Below are positions 12,945 through 24,298 of a stretch of 64,000 nt of DNA, one piece after another; position 1 is the first letter of the stretch, and the number at the start of each line of letters is the position of its first letter. Origin of the DNA: Alphaproteobacteria bacterium (GTDB lineage Bacteria > Pseudomonadota > Alphaproteobacteria > JAJTHO01 > CANGXP01); NCBI GenBank assembly GCA_947457935.1, contig CANGXP010000004.1:5617-69616 (forward strand). Direction: 5' to 3'. Both the position numbers and the translations under genes were made by a program. The notes beneath the pieces are model-generated. The model did not search any database, was not told the origin of the DNA, and saw nothing but the letters and a program-made list of their open reading frames with translations.

Positions 12945-14215
12945 AATAGCCCTAAAAAACAAAAATATATAAGTTGATAACAAAGATACGCCAGCGCTGC
13001 CCCGAATGTTTGCAATACTGGAATTAATACAGCAAGACTTATCCCATATAACGCCGTTGCAATACCAAGAGCACGCATAATGCATTGAGGATAATTGCTA
13101 CTTAAAATATAGGCGTGCGTTGGCAATAACGCCAAACTAAGCAATGTGCCTGATAAGTAAACAATCATGCTTTGATACCCCTCGCTCGGTGCATTATTTG
13201 TGATGATAGCAAGAACAGTGGGGGCGAATACAGCCAACCCTATACCTAAAATAAGAGCGATTGCCCCATGTGCGACTAACAATAATCGCATGAGAGTAGC
13301 TAGTTTTTGTGGTGCATCTTTCCGTGTTTTTGTGAGGAGGGGATATAAAAATTCTTTAAGCGGTGTTTGAACACTGTAAATAACAGAGGCCAAGTTTTTA
13401 ATGATTTTGAATGCCCCCACTTGCTGTGTTCCTAAAAATACGCTGATGACAAATACATCCCCAAATTGCACAATGTTATGCAGCATGTTTTGGCTCGCGC
13501 TGGTACGAATATACCGCCACCAACTTTCTTTTTGCGCCGCATCAGGCACCATGGCGGCAGGGGATTGCGGCAATTTTTTTTGAGCAAGATGATAATATCC
13601 CAAACAAATTAAACTCAAGAATTCTATGGCGCGGACAATACCGTAACAGAGCAGGAGTGTTTGCCAATCAACTGAAATCCAAACAAGGTAGGAGATGGCG
13701 ATTGTGAGGAAAATAGCCGTAATAGTTCTATGCCATGATAAAATATCGAATCGATTTAAGGCACGCAAAATGCCGAGGGGAGTATTTGCCAAATGCTGCA
13801 AAGGCAACAGTAGTGCATAAAGGGCGGTGGCGCTGAGTAATTCAAAAGACCAAATATCAAGTTGATGGATTGCCCCTAATCCTAATAGAACGAGTATTAT
13901 GCCTATCGCACTAGTGCGCATATCCAGTATTTTGCACCACTGAATAACCTGTCCGCTTAATTGTGGTTGTATTGCAAAATGCGTAAATTTAATAATCGCG
14001 TGCCAAGAGGCGGCGTTGGTAAGACTAATGCATAAAAAAACATAGGTCTGCACCAAAACAATATTGCCATAGCCCGCTATTCCCACAGCACGGATGATAA
14101 GCACCATGTTCAATAATGCCAAAATGGCCGTGAGTTGCGTTGCTGCAACCCATCCTCCCACCCGTTTCAGAGTAGGTTTATTCAAAGCATGTACGGCTCT
14201 TTGCAGCAGGCTCAC
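12920..14215 (-). CDS. Polysaccharide flippase (Wzx-like)
   Basis: Many TM segments, G..GYG near the N-terminus, C-terminal FGAALA; position in the wza-wzc operon. Confidence 0.7.
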   Translation of the reverse strand: MSLLQRAVHALNKPTLKRVGGWVAATQLTAILALLNMVLIIRAVGIAGYGNIVLVQTYVFLCISLTNAASWHAIIKFTHFAIQPQLSGQVIQWCKILDMRTSAIGIILVLLGLGAIHQLDIWSFELLSATALYALLLPLQHLANTPLGILRALNRFDILSWHRTITAIFLTIAISYLVWISVDWQTLLLCYGIVRAIEFLSLICLGYYHLAQKKLPQSPAAMVPDAAQKESWWRYIRTSASQNMLHNIVQFGDVFVISVFLGTQQVGAFKIIKNLASVIYSVQTPLKEFLYPLLTKTRKDAPQKLATLMRLLLVAHGAIALILGIGLAVFAPTVLAIITNNAPSEGYQSMIVYLSGTLLSLALLPTHAYILSSNYPQCIMRALGIATALYGISLAVLIPVLQTFGAALAYLCYQLIYFCFLGLLWRNHTHQ

Positions 14216-16236
14216 TTTTGTAGCACTAGATATAAGGGGGTAATTCCTGCATGGCTTAGAGAGGCGATTATTTGCTTTAAAGCATGCAGTTTGTCGCCTC
14301 GTTGCACAAATATTATCGTGCTTTGGGCAAAAGTAAGTACTTCAAAATTTGCGGCCGTTTGCGCCAACGCAGGCCACGATACAACAGTGCTGTTAAATCC
14401 TTGTGATAACGTGGCTATCAGTTTTGGAACTTTGCCACCATTACGATTTAACAAATTATAACTGGGGGTTGGCGTGCCAGAAAATAGTACCGTTAGATTA
14501 TTTTTACTCGTGTGCAACGCCTCTCGCACATCAAATGATGCTAATAACACATCCGTCAAGCCTTTTTTGGCACAAGGTTTTTTAATATTTGCATCCACAA
14601 ACAGCGTTGTAGAACTTTGTGCAATCTCTATGGCAATCGCAGAAGCGAAGCTGCAACTTTTAGGCGTTGAGGTTAAACTTGTAACAAGGAAAATTGGCGA
14701 CTTAACATTGTTTGTCATCAACATTTCACGATTGTTCGCAACCATTGCCGCAAAAGTAGGCATTTTTTGCTTAGAGCGCGGTAAAACATGTAACAGTGTT
14801 GCCTCTGTAAACTGCTCCAACTGTTTTGCGGCGGTGATACGCGCAAAAGCAGGAATTGCACCCAAAAGTAGGTATAAAAATCCCCCCATGGTTGTTGCTA
14901 TCGTAACAATAAGCATCAAACTTGCCACATTTGTGAGCCGCATTCCCCCTGCAATATTTGGGAATTGAAGCACTTCAACATGTTTTGCGATGCCTTTTAG
15001 CTGGGTTTCTGCTTTTCTTTGCTCATCTTTTGTTCGCTCTAAAAGATTCACCATTAACTCAATATCGCGCTCTAAACGCACTATTTCTTTTTGCGCTAAT
15101 GGTATGCTGTCAATCATCGTTTTATTTCTAGTAATTTCTTGGCGCACACGATTCATTTGATCACTCACAGCCTTTAATGCTGGATTATCAGGCGCAAGAG
15201 ACACTGCCATTTTGCGGCGATCCTGCTCTAGTATCATCAGATCACTTTGTAATTTCGCGCCCTGCTCAAGGCTAAGCCTTGCCTCTGTAGGAATATCAAT
15301 ACTTTGATGCAACAGCCGCTGCGCTGCTAACTCTGCACGCGCTTCTGTTATTCGTTGCTCCAGCGTATTTACCTCTGCCGTAAGATATTCTAACACCTGT
15401 TTGGGTGCGGAAAGGTTTTCGTTTGCAGTAACATTCATATAATGATCGAGCAACATCTGAACAAATTGCTGCGCAAAATAAGGGTCTTTATCTTTGAAAG
15501 TAAGTGTTAATCTGCCGCCTGATTGTAGAAAGCTATTTTCTTTTACAACAAGATTTCTCGAGAGATTCTCCGCAAAATAATTCTTTGATCGGGGAAATAA
15601 AATAAATGATTGTGAGAAAGGCGGGCTGTTTTTAGGGCGTGATAACGTCATTTCTATGCGTCCGCTGGACGTAGTGAGTACCGTCATTTTCCCTAAATGT
15701 CCCCTACCTAAGGAAACATTATTTTTATCAAATACTTCAAATGTACCTGTGTCGCTAACGTACACTATCAGTTGTGCGCCATAATATAGTTCAGAGGCTG
15801 TGAAATGATCCACCATTAAGGAAGGTGTTAGACTGAGCCATTCTGGGGCTTTTTCTTTCCGTTTCCAGTATCCTAATACCGAAAAAAAACTCGTGACGCG
15901 TTCACCAAAGTATGCGGGTTTGTAGCGAACATCAACAGGTCTATCTAGTTTTTGTAACACCTCATCAACAAGTTTTCGACTTGCCAGCAGGCTTGATTCC
16001 GCCCCCACAGTGATGGTGCTTTGCCCGAAACTTATATCAGGCTTAATACGCAACATTGTGGTTACAGTATAGGAGGACGGCATTAAAATAAATATCAATC
16101 CAGACATGCACCCCACTATCACAGCAATGATGAGAACAATCCAGCCACGCGTAATAAGTAGTCTTCTGCAGAAATAACCAACATCTAAAACATCTGTCCA
16201 TTTGGGGGGCGGAGGAGGGGTAATGGTACTAATCAT
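14212..16236 (-). CDS. Wzc/GumC-type polysaccharide co-polymerase with degenerate kinase domain
   Basis: TM-periplasmic coiled coil-TM-cytoplasmic domain; FVDAN.KKP retained, Walker A/B degenerate. Confidence 0.8.
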   Translation of the reverse strand: MISTITPPPPPKWTDVLDVGYFCRRLLITRGWIVLIIAVIVGCMSGLIFILMPSSYTVTTMLRIKPDISFGQSTITVGAESSLLASRKLVDEVLQKLDRPVDVRYKPAYFGERVTSFFSVLGYWKRKEKAPEWLSLTPSLMVDHFTASELYYGAQLIVYVSDTGTFEVFDKNNVSLGRGHLGKMTVLTTSSGRIEMTLSRPKNSPPFSQSFILFPRSKNYFAENLSRNLVVKENSFLQSGGRLTLTFKDKDPYFAQQFVQMLLDHYMNVTANENLSAPKQVLEYLTAEVNTLEQRITEARAELAAQRLLHQSIDIPTEARLSLEQGAKLQSDLMILEQDRRKMAVSLAPDNPALKAVSDQMNRVRQEITRNKTMIDSIPLAQKEIVRLERDIELMVNLLERTKDEQRKAETQLKGIAKHVEVLQFPNIAGGMRLTNVASLMLIVTIATTMGGFLYLLLGAIPAFARITAAKQLEQFTEATLLHVLPRSKQKMPTFAAMVANNREMLMTNNVKSPIFLVTSLTSTPKSCSFASAIAIEIAQSSTTLFVDANIKKPCAKKGLTDVLLASFDVREALHTSKNNLTVLFSGTPTPSYNLLNRNGGKVPKLIATLSQGFNSTVVSWPALAQTAANFEVLTFAQSTIIFVQRGDKLHALKQIIASLSHAGITPLYLVLQK

Positions 16237-16990
16237 AACGATTTGGATCTATTACGTTGCTAAATCCACTGGGGAAAAGCTGGTTTATTGTACGGCTCCA
16301 ATCTGTCACAGGGCGTGTTGTAACCCACACGGTGTCTTGCTGTTGTAATTTGAATTGGCTAGCAGCGGCATAATTGGTTGTTGTTGCAAGCGGCATTTGA
16401 TAAATTTCAGGCTCAAGATTGGGGCGTTGTGGTGGTCTTATAACATAAATGTACTCAAGATCTGCTGTTACGCGGTCTACTTTCCCCGCAACAAGCGCAT
16501 CTGCAAGAGTTGTACCGCTTTCAGAAAGAGGAATGCTTTGTGGTTGCACTATTTCCCCTTGGATATAGGCAATGTTGCGTGAATCAAGTACCGTTACGGT
16601 AACATTCGGCATATTGTAAATACGTTTATAGCGTTCGGTGAGAAGCTGCTCTATTTCTGCTCGCGTCCTCCCTTGCACCACAACAGACGATTGCAATCCA
16701 GTGACACTTATTGTCCCTTCAGGCGTGACAGAAAACGGCTGATACCCTTTATTATTCAGGCTTTTTTCTGAGGGAATGACACTTTCATATCCTCCTAAGT
16801 CTTTAAGTGACGGTACAGATAACGAAATACCGAGGGTATCTCCTGCACCAATTCTATATAATATTGGGGGCTTCAACAAAGCATCAGAGGCATTTTGAAT
16901 AGTATATTGCTTGGCTTCAAAAGCAGCATTGTGCTGCGCGCACCCCATCAACAAGGAGCAAAAAACAAAAGCGGCATAGACTTTCGCCAT
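16229..16990 (-). CDS. Polysaccharide export lipoprotein (Wza-like)
   Basis: Lipobox LMGC, YRIGAGDTL, SLBB-like region, F.LQ..D.V.V. Confidence 0.85.
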   Translation of the reverse strand: MAKVYAAFVFCSLLMGCAQHNAAFEAKQYTIQNASDALLKPPILYRIGAGDTLGISLSVPSLKDLGGYESVIPSEKSLNNKGYQPFSVTPEGTISVTGLQSSVVVQGRTRAEIEQLLTERYKRIYNMPNVTVTVLDSRNIAYIQGEIVQPQSIPLSESGTTLADALVAGKVDRVTADLEYIYVIRPPQRPNLEPEIYQMPLATTTNYAAASQFKLQQQDTVWVTTRPVTDWSRTINQLFPSGFSNVIDPNRYD

Positions 16991-17169
16991 ATTTTTTCAT
17001 TCCTTGTGAGATGTTGAAATCATTCTTGTATTTTCCCGAAAGAACATACAATTGGTTGTTCGGGTTATCCGAAGATAAATCTTTTGATTGTTTAATTTTC
17101 TTTAGCAAGGCGGCAATAAAGCAACAAATAATATCATTTTAAACCAAAAGCGCACCTTAGTCATGCCCT

Positions 17170-17186
17170 GTTAAGGATTCACTAAC
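17170..17186. promoter_or_regulatory. Possible CtrA-like site (one mismatch) in the wza/glycosyltransferase divergent promoter
   Basis: GTTAA-GGATTCA-CTAAC. Confidence 0.3.
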
Positions 17187-17209
17187 AAATACAAATGTAT
17201 GTATAGCGG

Positions 17210-18460
17210 ATGCACATCATGCTCATTACAGAAGGGTTTTTCCCTGAAACAGATGCACGCGCATCGCGCTCTTTTGATCATGCCGTTGCTTGGGCAAAAA
17301 CAGGGCACAGTGTTACTATTTTAACTAAAGCCCCTAACTTTCCAGCTGGAAAGGTCTTTGCAGGATATAATAATCGCTGGCGGCAACACGAGCAGATAGA
17401 GGGAGTAGACGTGTGGCGTGTGTGGTCATATCTTACCGCTAACAAAGGTATTATCAAACGACTATTGAGTTTTCTAAGTTTTATGTTTGTCATTCCGTGG
17501 CATGGCTGGCGGCTATGCAGGAAAACGCGTAAACCTGATGTGATTATTGGTACCTGCCCGACGTTATTTGCACCACTTGGAGCATGTCTCCTTGCAAAAA
17601 TCCTACGAGTTCCGTTTGTATTTGAAGTGCGTGATTTATGGCCAGAATCCGCTGTTGCTGTGGGAATGTTGCGTGAAAAAAGTCTTGGATACAAAATATT
17701 CAACGCTATTGCCCATTATCTCTATCATCAAGCGAAACTTATTGTCCCCGTGGGGGAGGGATATAATGCGCAAATTTTAGAAAATTACCCGCAAGCCCTA
17801 GGCAAATGTCTGATTATTCCCAATGGGTTTCGCCCTGACATCTTTGTGCCTGAACCAGAAACGACAACGGCACGAGAAACACTGCAATTACCGGTGGATA
17901 AAATTATTGTGTTGTATATCGGCACAATAGGGCGCAGTCAAAAACTAGAGACGGTTTTTGAGGCCGCAAAATTGCTAGAAAAGCAAGAAAATATATATTT
18001 TGTCATTGCAGGAGACGGGGAAGAACAAGAATACTTACAAGGGTATCTTCAAAAAAATCCGATGCGAAATGTGCAAATGATGGGGGCACAACCCAAAGAT
18101 CTTGTTCCTGTGTACTATAATGCATCTGATATTGCGCTATCTCCCCTTAGAAAGTCAGACGTGTTCAAAGGACGCTATCCTGCGAAAATGTTTGAGGTGA
18201 TGGCAATGGCAAAACCACTGGTTTTAGGCGGAGAAGGCATTAGTTGTGATCTCCTGCATACTGCACAAGCAGGGATTGCAGTAGAGCCCGAAAATGCCCC
18301 TGCATTAGCAAACGCAATTCTCCATCTAGCTAACAATGCTGCATTGCGACAAGAATTGGGAAAATCGGGCTATGATTATGTACAAACACGCTATGCTCGC
18401 CCCGCTTTAGCCGCGCTTTATGCAAAGGGCTTAAGCGATTTAATCAAAGTGAGTATTTAA
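17210..18460 (+). CDS. GT4 family glycosyltransferase (WbuB-like)
   Basis: PNFP.G, FEVRDLWPES, PAKMFE.MA. Confidence 0.9.
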   Translation: MHIMLITEGFFPETDARASRSFDHAVAWAKTGHSVTILTKAPNFPAGKVFAGYNNRWRQHEQIEGVDVWRVWSYLTANKGIIKRLLSFLSFMFVIPWHGWRLCRKTRKPDVIIGTCPTLFAPLGACLLAKILRVPFVFEVRDLWPESAVAVGMLREKSLGYKIFNAIAHYLYHQAKLIVPVGEGYNAQILENYPQALGKCLIIPNGFRPDIFVPEPETTTARETLQLPVDKIIVLYIGTIGRSQKLETVFEAAKLLEKQENIYFVIAGDGEEQEYLQGYLQKNPMRNVQMMGAQPKDLVPVYYNASDIALSPLRKSDVFKGRYPAKMFEVMAMAKPLVLGGEGISCDLLHTAQAGIAVEPENAPALANAILHLANNAALRQELGKSGYDYVQTRYARPALAALYAKGLSDLIKVSI

Positions 18461-18493
18461 ACCTAGACGATGTAAGTGCGGCGCAACAGCACG

Positions 18494-18527
18494 CATAGAT
18501 TGTAATAAAAAATATAAACAATCTATG
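18494..18527. promoter_or_regulatory. Perfect 10-bp inverted repeat in the AT-rich region upstream of the sugar transferase
   Basis: CATAGATTGT-N14-ACAATCTATG. Confidence 0.45.
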
Positions 18528-18695
18528 GTTTTATATTTAATTTTTATTATGTTTCGCAACTAATAATTAACTTTTGTTATGCATACAATAATGTGTAAAG
18601 AAAAAGTTTTATTTCCTCTATAAGTTTTAATATTTCTAAAAAGCAAGTGTTTTAAACGGATAAAACTTTTTCCTGCGAATAACAGGAGTTTTTTT

Positions 18696-19382
18696 ATGCA
18701 TATTCATCAAAACATTGTTGCAGCCAATCAAGTAACTGATTTTAAAAAATACTCCACGCACACTCTCTATTCGAACACCTGCAAAGTGCGTGCCATCGCG
18801 AAACGCTGTTTTGATCTAATGGTTGCGAGCAGCATACTTCTAGCATTTAGTCCTGTCATGCTCATCATCGCTTTGGCAATTACGCTTGAAGGTAAGGGGA
18901 GTGTTATTTTTTCTCAACAACGCACAGGAAAAAATTGCACGCCTTTTGCGTTTTACAAATTCCGTAGCATGGTGCCGCACAACACACCCAGTACAAAACT
19001 TGATTATGTGCGTGATACCGATCCAAGAATAACGAAAGTGGGGAGTTTTTTGCGTAAAACGAGCTTAGACGAACTACCGCAACTTTTTAATGTTTTGAAG
19101 GGAGATATGTCCTTGGTAGGCCCTCGCCCACAACCTGTTTGCCACTTGGAGCATTATGGTACTAAAATTGATGATTATGCTTTACGCCACAGTGTTCGCC
19201 CTGGTATTACAGGACTTGTACAAATATCTCCGCTCCGCGATGCCGATGAATACTTTGAAGATTTAGTCAAACGCGTAAAGTTAGATTTACACTATGTTAG
19301 CAACTTTTCCTTAGAACAAGACATTCGCATTCTGTTTATAACAGGATTGAAAGTTGTTAATCGCGCAAAAAAGCTATTATAA
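18696..19382 (+). CDS. Priming sugar-phosphate transferase (bacterial sugar transferase family)
   Basis: [45 protein letters not shown]. Confidence 0.93.
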   Translation: MHIHQNIVAANQVTDFKKYSTHTLYSNTCKVRAIAKRCFDLMVASSILLAFSPVMLIIALAITLEGKGSVIFSQQRTGKNCTPFAFYKFRSMVPHNTPSTKLDYVRDTDPRITKVGSFLRKTSLDELPQLFNVLKGDMSLVGPRPQPVCHLEHYGTKIDDYALRHSVRPGITGLVQISPLRDADEYFEDLVKRVKLDLHYVSNFSLEQDIRILFITGLKVVNRAKKLL

Positions 19383-19518
19383 AACTACAAAAAGTTATCT
19401 GTTAAGTCTTATTTGTGTCGTTTAGTGCTTGGCATGAGTTCGCTGTTATAACCACTTATCTTATTATTAAGCATTCATCGAATACACTAACGTGTGAATT
19501 TACAAAAACATATGAGAT

Positions 19519-22500
19519 TTACACCGCCTCTTGTAACGCATTCACCCCTAAATCCCCTGATTTCATGGCGGCAATGGCAGCGGCTGTTGCTTTTGCGCCC
19601 GCAATGGTGGTGATGCACGGAATGCTGTTATTAACACAGGTGCGGCGGATGGAGAAGCTATCCGAAATCGCTTGTTTGCCGCTGGTGGTGTTAACCACCA
19701 AGTGGACATCGCCATTTTTTAGGCTATCCACAATATGCGGGCGACCTTCTGCCACTTTATTGATGCTGGAGACGTCAGCACCGTTGTTTTGTAAAAAAGC
19801 GGCGGTGTTGTGGGTGGCACACACTTTAAAGCCAAGGCGCAGATATTCTTTCACCAACTCTACGATTTTCGGTTTGTCATCATCTTTAACAGAAATAAAC
19901 ACCGTGCCTGTGGTGGGCAACACGTTGCCTGCCCCCAACTGCGCTTTGGCGTAAGCACGGGCAAAATCACTATCAAAGCCCATCACCTCGCCAGTAGATT
20001 TCATTTCGGGCCCTAAGAGAGGATCAACGCCTGTGAAGCGGGAGAACGGAAACACCGCCTCTTTCACTGCAACATGTTTGAGGGTGAGTTCTTTCAACCC
20101 AAACGACGCGAGTTTTTCACCCGCCATAACTTTTGCGGCAATTTTTGCAACCGTAACCCCTGTGGCTTTCGCAACAAAAGGAACAGTGCGGGAAGCGCGG
20201 GGGTTAACTTCAAGAATATATATTTGAGACTCGAGGTGCGAGGCGCGAGGCGCGAGAGGGGAAGAAGTTTTGGAGGTGTTGCTAGAATTTTCTTCTTCCT
20301 CGTGCCTCGTGCCTTGCGCCTCCTCTCCGCCCTTCACCGCAAACTGCACGTTCATCAACCCCACCACCTGCAACGCTTTAGCAAGTTTCTCGGTTTGCAC
20401 TTTAATTTCTGCGACAATTTCTGGGGCAAGCGAGTAGGGGGGCAGGGCACAGGCAGAGTCGCCTGAGTGAATACCCGCTTCCTCGATATGCTCCATAATC
20501 CCTGCAATGTGGACGGTTTCGCCATCACTAATCGCATCCACATCCACCTCAATCGCATCTTTAAGGTAATAGTCTATAAGGATAGGATTATCCCCAAATT
20601 CTTTCAGGGCTTTTTGCGCGTAGGTACGCAAGCCCTGCACATCGTGGACGATTTCCATCGCCCGCCCGCCCAACACATAACTCGGGCGGATGACAACAGG
20701 ATAGCCGATGTCTGCGGCAACAGCTTCGGCTTGTTCTATCGTTAAGGCCGTTCCATTGCGCGGTTGTTTCAGGTTGATTTTTTGGAGGAGTTGCTGGAAG
20801 CGTTCCCTGTCTTCTGCCAAGTCAATCGCATCAGGAGACGTGCCGAGAATAGGAATGTTGGCGGCTTCCAAGGCTGCTGCCAGTTTCAGCGGGGTTTGTC
20901 CGCCAAACTGCACAATCACGCCTTTGAGCGTGCCTTTGGATTGCTCTTTGCGACAGAGTTCCAGCACATGCTCAGGGGTAAGCGGCTCAAAATAGAGCCT
21001 GTCTGAGGTGTCATAGTCGGTAGAAACCGTTTCAGGGTTGCAGTTCACCATGATGGATTCTAAGCCCATTTCCCGCATTGCGTAGGCTGCATGGACGCAA
21101 CAATAGTCAAACTCAATCCCTTGACCTATCCTGTTTGGTCCACCGCCCAGAATAATGACCTTTTGCTTACCAGAGACGTTCGCCTCACACACGGTTTGCC
21201 CGTTAAACGCCTGCTCGTAGGTGGAGTACATGTAAGACGTATTGGTTTTGAACTCACCCGCGCAGGTATCAACCCGTTTATACACAGGGTTTACGCCCGC
21301 TTTGTGGCGCAATGCTGTAACCTGTGTTTCAGGGATAGCGAGGAGTTTTGCAAGACGCGCATCAGAGAAACCAAGTTGCTTGATGGTGAGCCACTCATTA
21401 GGGGTAAGGGTTTCTTCGCGAGGCCCGCTTCTAAGCCACTCCTCAATATTCACAACATGCTGAATTTTCTCTAAAAACCACGTATCAATTTTGGTGATTT
21501 TATAAATCTCTTCAACGGTTAAGCCCTTGCGAAAGCCTTGTGCGACATGCAAAATGCGGTTTGGCACAGGCGTACCGAGCGCTTGGCGGAGTTCTTCTAC
21601 TGTAGAATCTTCCATGATTTCATCAAAGCCCGTTAGCCCAATTTCCATGGACACCAAGGCTTTTTGCACACTTTCTGCAAAGTTGCGCCCAATGCTCATC
21701 GCTTCCCCCACAGATTTCATGGAGGTGGTTAAGAGTGCATCCGCCCCTGGGAATTTCTCAAACGTAAAGCGCGGCATTTTGGTGACGACATAATCAATCG
21801 ACGGCTCAAATGAGGCAGGCGTGGTCACAGTAATATCATTTTTCAGTTCATCCAGCGTGAAGCCTACCGCCAGTTTTGCGGCGATTTTCGCAATGGGGAA
21901 ACCTGTTGCTTTTGACGCCAGCGCCGACGAGCGGGACACACGCGGGTTCATCTCAATCACCACCAAGCGCCCGTCTTTCGGGTTTACCGCGAACTGCACG
22001 TTACTGCCGCCCGTTTCAATGCCAATTTCCCGCAATACGGCAAGCGAGGCATTGCGCATAATCTGATATTCTTTATCAGTCAGCGTGAGGGCAGGGGCAA
22101 CGGTGATGCTATCACCTGTGTGAATGCCCATGGGGTCAATGTTTTCGATGGAGCATACAATAATGGCGTTATCCGCCTTATCGCGCACCACTTCCATCTC
22201 ATATTCTTTCCAGCCGAGCACCGATTCCTCCACCAATGCCTCATGGGTGGGGGAGAGTTTTAGACCGTTGGAGATAATATCAACGAACTCTTCACGGTTA
22301 TAGGCAATGCCGCCGCCTGTACCCGCGAGCGTAAAAGAGGGGCGAATAATGGCAGGGAGTCCCACGACATCTAGGGCTTTCAGGGCTTCTTCCAACGAGT
22401 GCACCAACACACTTTTAGGGGATTCTAAGCCGATTTTGTCCATGGCATCGCGGAATAAGAGTCTATCTTCCGCTTTGGCAATCGCGTGCTCATCCGCGCC

Positions 22501-22848
22501 GATGAGTTCAACATTATATTTCTTCAAAACACCGTTTTTGGAAAGCGTCAGTGCGGTATTCAGCGCCGTTTGTCCGCCCATGGTGGGGAGAAGAGCATCA
22601 GGGCGTTCTTTGGCGATCACCTTTTCGACAAATTCGGGGGTGATGGGTTCAATGTACGTTGCATCCGCCAAGTTGGGATCGGTCATAATCGTGGCAGGGT
22701 TAGAGTTCACCAATACCACACGATAGCCTTCTTCGCGCAAGGCTTTGCAGGCTTGTGCGCCCGAATAATCAAACTCGCATGCTTGCCCGATAATAATGGG
22801 CCCTGCGCCGATGATAAGGATGGTTTTGATGTCTGTACGTTTGGGCAT
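19519..22848 (-). CDS. carB: Carbamoyl-phosphate synthase large subunit, with a ~33-aa repeat-derived insertion
   Basis: [17 protein letters not shown], two ATP-grasp domains, MGS domain. Confidence 0.99.
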   Translation of the reverse strand: MPKRTDIKTILIIGAGPIIIGQACEFDYSGAQACKALREEGYRVVLVNSNPATIMTDPNLADATYIEPITPEFVEKVIAKERPDALLPTMGGQTALNTALTLSKNGVLKKYNVELIGADEHAIAKAEDRLLFRDAMDKIGLESPKSVLVHSLEEALKALDVVGLPAIIRPSFTLAGTGGGIAYNREEFVDIISNGLKLSPTHEALVEESVLGWKEYEMEVVRDKADNAIIVCSIENIDPMGIHTGDSITVAPALTLTDKEYQIMRNASLAVLREIGIETGGSNVQFAVNPKDGRLVVIEMNPRVSRSSALASKATGFPIAKIAAKLAVGFTLDELKNDITVTTPASFEPSIDYVVTKMPRFTFEKFPGADALLTTSMKSVGEAMSIGRNFAESVQKALVSMEIGLTGFDEIMEDSTVEELRQALGTPVPNRILHVAQGFRKGLTVEEIYKITKIDTWFLEKIQHVVNIEEWLRSGPREETLTPNEWLTIKQLGFSDARLAKLLAIPETQVTALRHKAGVNPVYKRVDTCAGEFKTNTSYMYSTYEQAFNGQTVCEANVSGKQKVIILGGGPNRIGQGIEFDYCCVHAAYAMREMGLESIMVNCNPETVSTDYDTSDRLYFEPLTPEHVLELCRKEQSKGTLKGVIVQFGGQTPLKLAAALEAANIPILGTSPDAIDLAEDRERFQQLLQKINLKQPRNGTALTIEQAEAVAADIGYPVVIRPSYVLGGRAMEIVHDVQGLRTYAQKALKEFGDNPILIDYYLKDAIEVDVDAISDGETVHIAGIMEHIEEAGIHSGDSACALPPYSLAPEIVAEIKVQTEKLAKALQVVGLMNVQFAVKGGEEAQGTRHEEEENSSNTSKTSSPLAPRASHLESQIYILEVNPRASRTVPFVAKATGVTVAKIAAKVMAGEKLASFGLKELTLKHVAVKEAVFPFSRFTGVDPLLGPEMKSTGEVMGFDSDFARAYAKAQLGAGNVLPTTGTVFISVKDDDKPKIVELVKEYLRLGFKVCATHNTAAFLQNNGADVSSINKVAEGRPHIVDSLKNGDVHLVVNTTSGKQAISDSFSIRRTCVNNSIPCITTIAGAKATAAAIAAMKSGDLGVNALQEAV
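20225..20328. repeat. Heptamer-tandem hairpin inserted in frame in carB
   Basis: cgaggtg cgaggcg cgaggcg cgagagg ... cctcgtg cctcgtg ccttgcg cctcctc. Confidence 0.88.
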
Positions 22849-22883
22849 GGTTCGGGTTTCAGGTATGGGGTTTCGGGGTTCGG
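22849..22883. repeat. Heptamer tandem (CCGAAAC-type), single arm, directly before the carB ATG
   Basis: Minus strand: ccgaacc ccgaaac cccatac ctgaaac ccgaacc ATG. Confidence 0.75.
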
Positions 22884-22892
22884 AAGAATTTA

Positions 22893-24092
22893 CTATACGA
22901 TATGCGCTGCACGATGCGCCACTTCTGCGCCCTGCATCATTTCTACAAACTGCTGAAATAAATATGCGCTATCTTCAGGGCCAGGGCTGGCTTCGGGGTG
23001 TCCTTGTACGGCAAACACGGGTTTATCGAGGCACTTAAAGCCTTGCAGTGTTCCATCAAATAACGAGATGTGCGTTGCTTCAACCGTTGTGGGCAGGGAA
23101 TCGCGCACCACATGAAACCCGTGGTTTTGACTGGTTATTTCTACTTTGCCTGTGTGTAAATCCTGAACGGGATGATTTGCGCCATGATGCCCCAACGGCA
23201 TTTTCGCTGTTTTTGCGCCTAATGCGAGCGCAAGCAGCTGAAATCCTAAGCAAATACCAAAAATGGGTTTGCCGCTGTTCAGCAACTCTTTGATAATGGG
23301 GAGGGCGTATTGCCCCGTGGCGAACGGGTCTCCAGGGCCATTAGAGAGGAAAATGCCATCAGGATTGTGTGCCAAAATTTCTTTGGCAGGTGTTGTGGCT
23401 GGCACAACCTCGACTTCACATTGTACATTAACTAAATTTCTTAATATATTGTATTTTATACCGTAATCAACACAGACAACTTTGTATTTTCCGCCACGTT
23501 GTTCGGGGTAGCCCGTGCCAAACTGCCATAAGCCTTGATGCCAAGGGTGTGCTTTTTCCGTGGTGACATCCTTAGCCAAATCTAGCCCCACCAGCCCTTG
23601 CCACGCCTTCAATGTCGTTTGATGCTGTGCGGTATTAAAATTGCCGTCTGCTGCATGGATAATAATGCCATTCGGGGCTACTCCGCCATCACGGATAGTT
23701 TGGGTGAGCGCACGGGTATCAACGCCACAAATTCCCACAATATTATGCGTTTTTAAATAGGCATCAAAGTGTTGCAGATTGCGATAATTCGCAGGATTAG
23801 TGATGCTCTCGCGGATAACAAGCCCGCTTGCAACAGGCTTTGCCGATTCAACATCTTCCGCGTTCGTGCCCACGTTGCCGATATGCGGAAAGGTGAATGT
23901 GATAATCTGCCCTTTGTATGAAGGATCGGTGAGAATTTCCTGATAGCCCGTCATCGCGGTGTTAAAACAAAGCTCGCCTAACGCGCTGCCAGTTGCTCCA
24001 ATGCCATATCCCTCAATAATCATACCATTTGTAAGCAGCAGTTGCGCCGTTCTTACGGCTGAAAAGGCAAGGGGATTAGGCGTGTTTGTCAT
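22893..24092 (-). CDS. carA: Carbamoyl-phosphate synthase small subunit
   Basis: [39 protein letters not shown]. Confidence 0.98.
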   Translation of the reverse strand: MTNTPNPLAFSAVRTAQLLLTNGMIIEGYGIGATGSALGELCFNTAMTGYQEILTDPSYKGQIITFTFPHIGNVGTNAEDVESAKPVASGLVIRESITNPANYRNLQHFDAYLKTHNIVGICGVDTRALTQTIRDGGVAPNGIIIHAADGNFNTAQHQTTLKAWQGLVGLDLAKDVTTEKAHPWHQGLWQFGTGYPEQRGGKYKVVCVDYGIKYNILRNLVNVQCEVEVVPATTPAKEILAHNPDGIFLSNGPGDPFATGQYALPIIKELLNSGKPIFGICLGFQLLALALGAKTAKMPLGHHGANHPVQDLHTGKVEITSQNHGFHVVRDSLPTTVEATHISLFDGTLQGFKCLDKPVFAVQGHPEASPGPEDSAYLFQQFVEMMQGAEVAHRAAHIV

Positions 24093-24298
24093 TAAAAAAT
24101 ACCAGCTATAGTTATTTCACTTTAAAATACCCCATGCCTGCAAACTGCCTTTAGCGTCTCTCATGTACAAGTTAAGGTACACTTCGAGCCGCTGCAGTTG
24201 TTTTCGACTATGGGGTATTTTAAATTGTAACAACTATGAAAATCCGCAGAGTATTAGCTGATGTATGCGATATCGTCAAGGTTTGTGTGCAATAAAAA

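Noticed and set aside
19723-19731. DnaA-box-like CTATCCACA / origin of replication
   Set aside because: Single mismatched box inside carB; no box cluster or unwinding element
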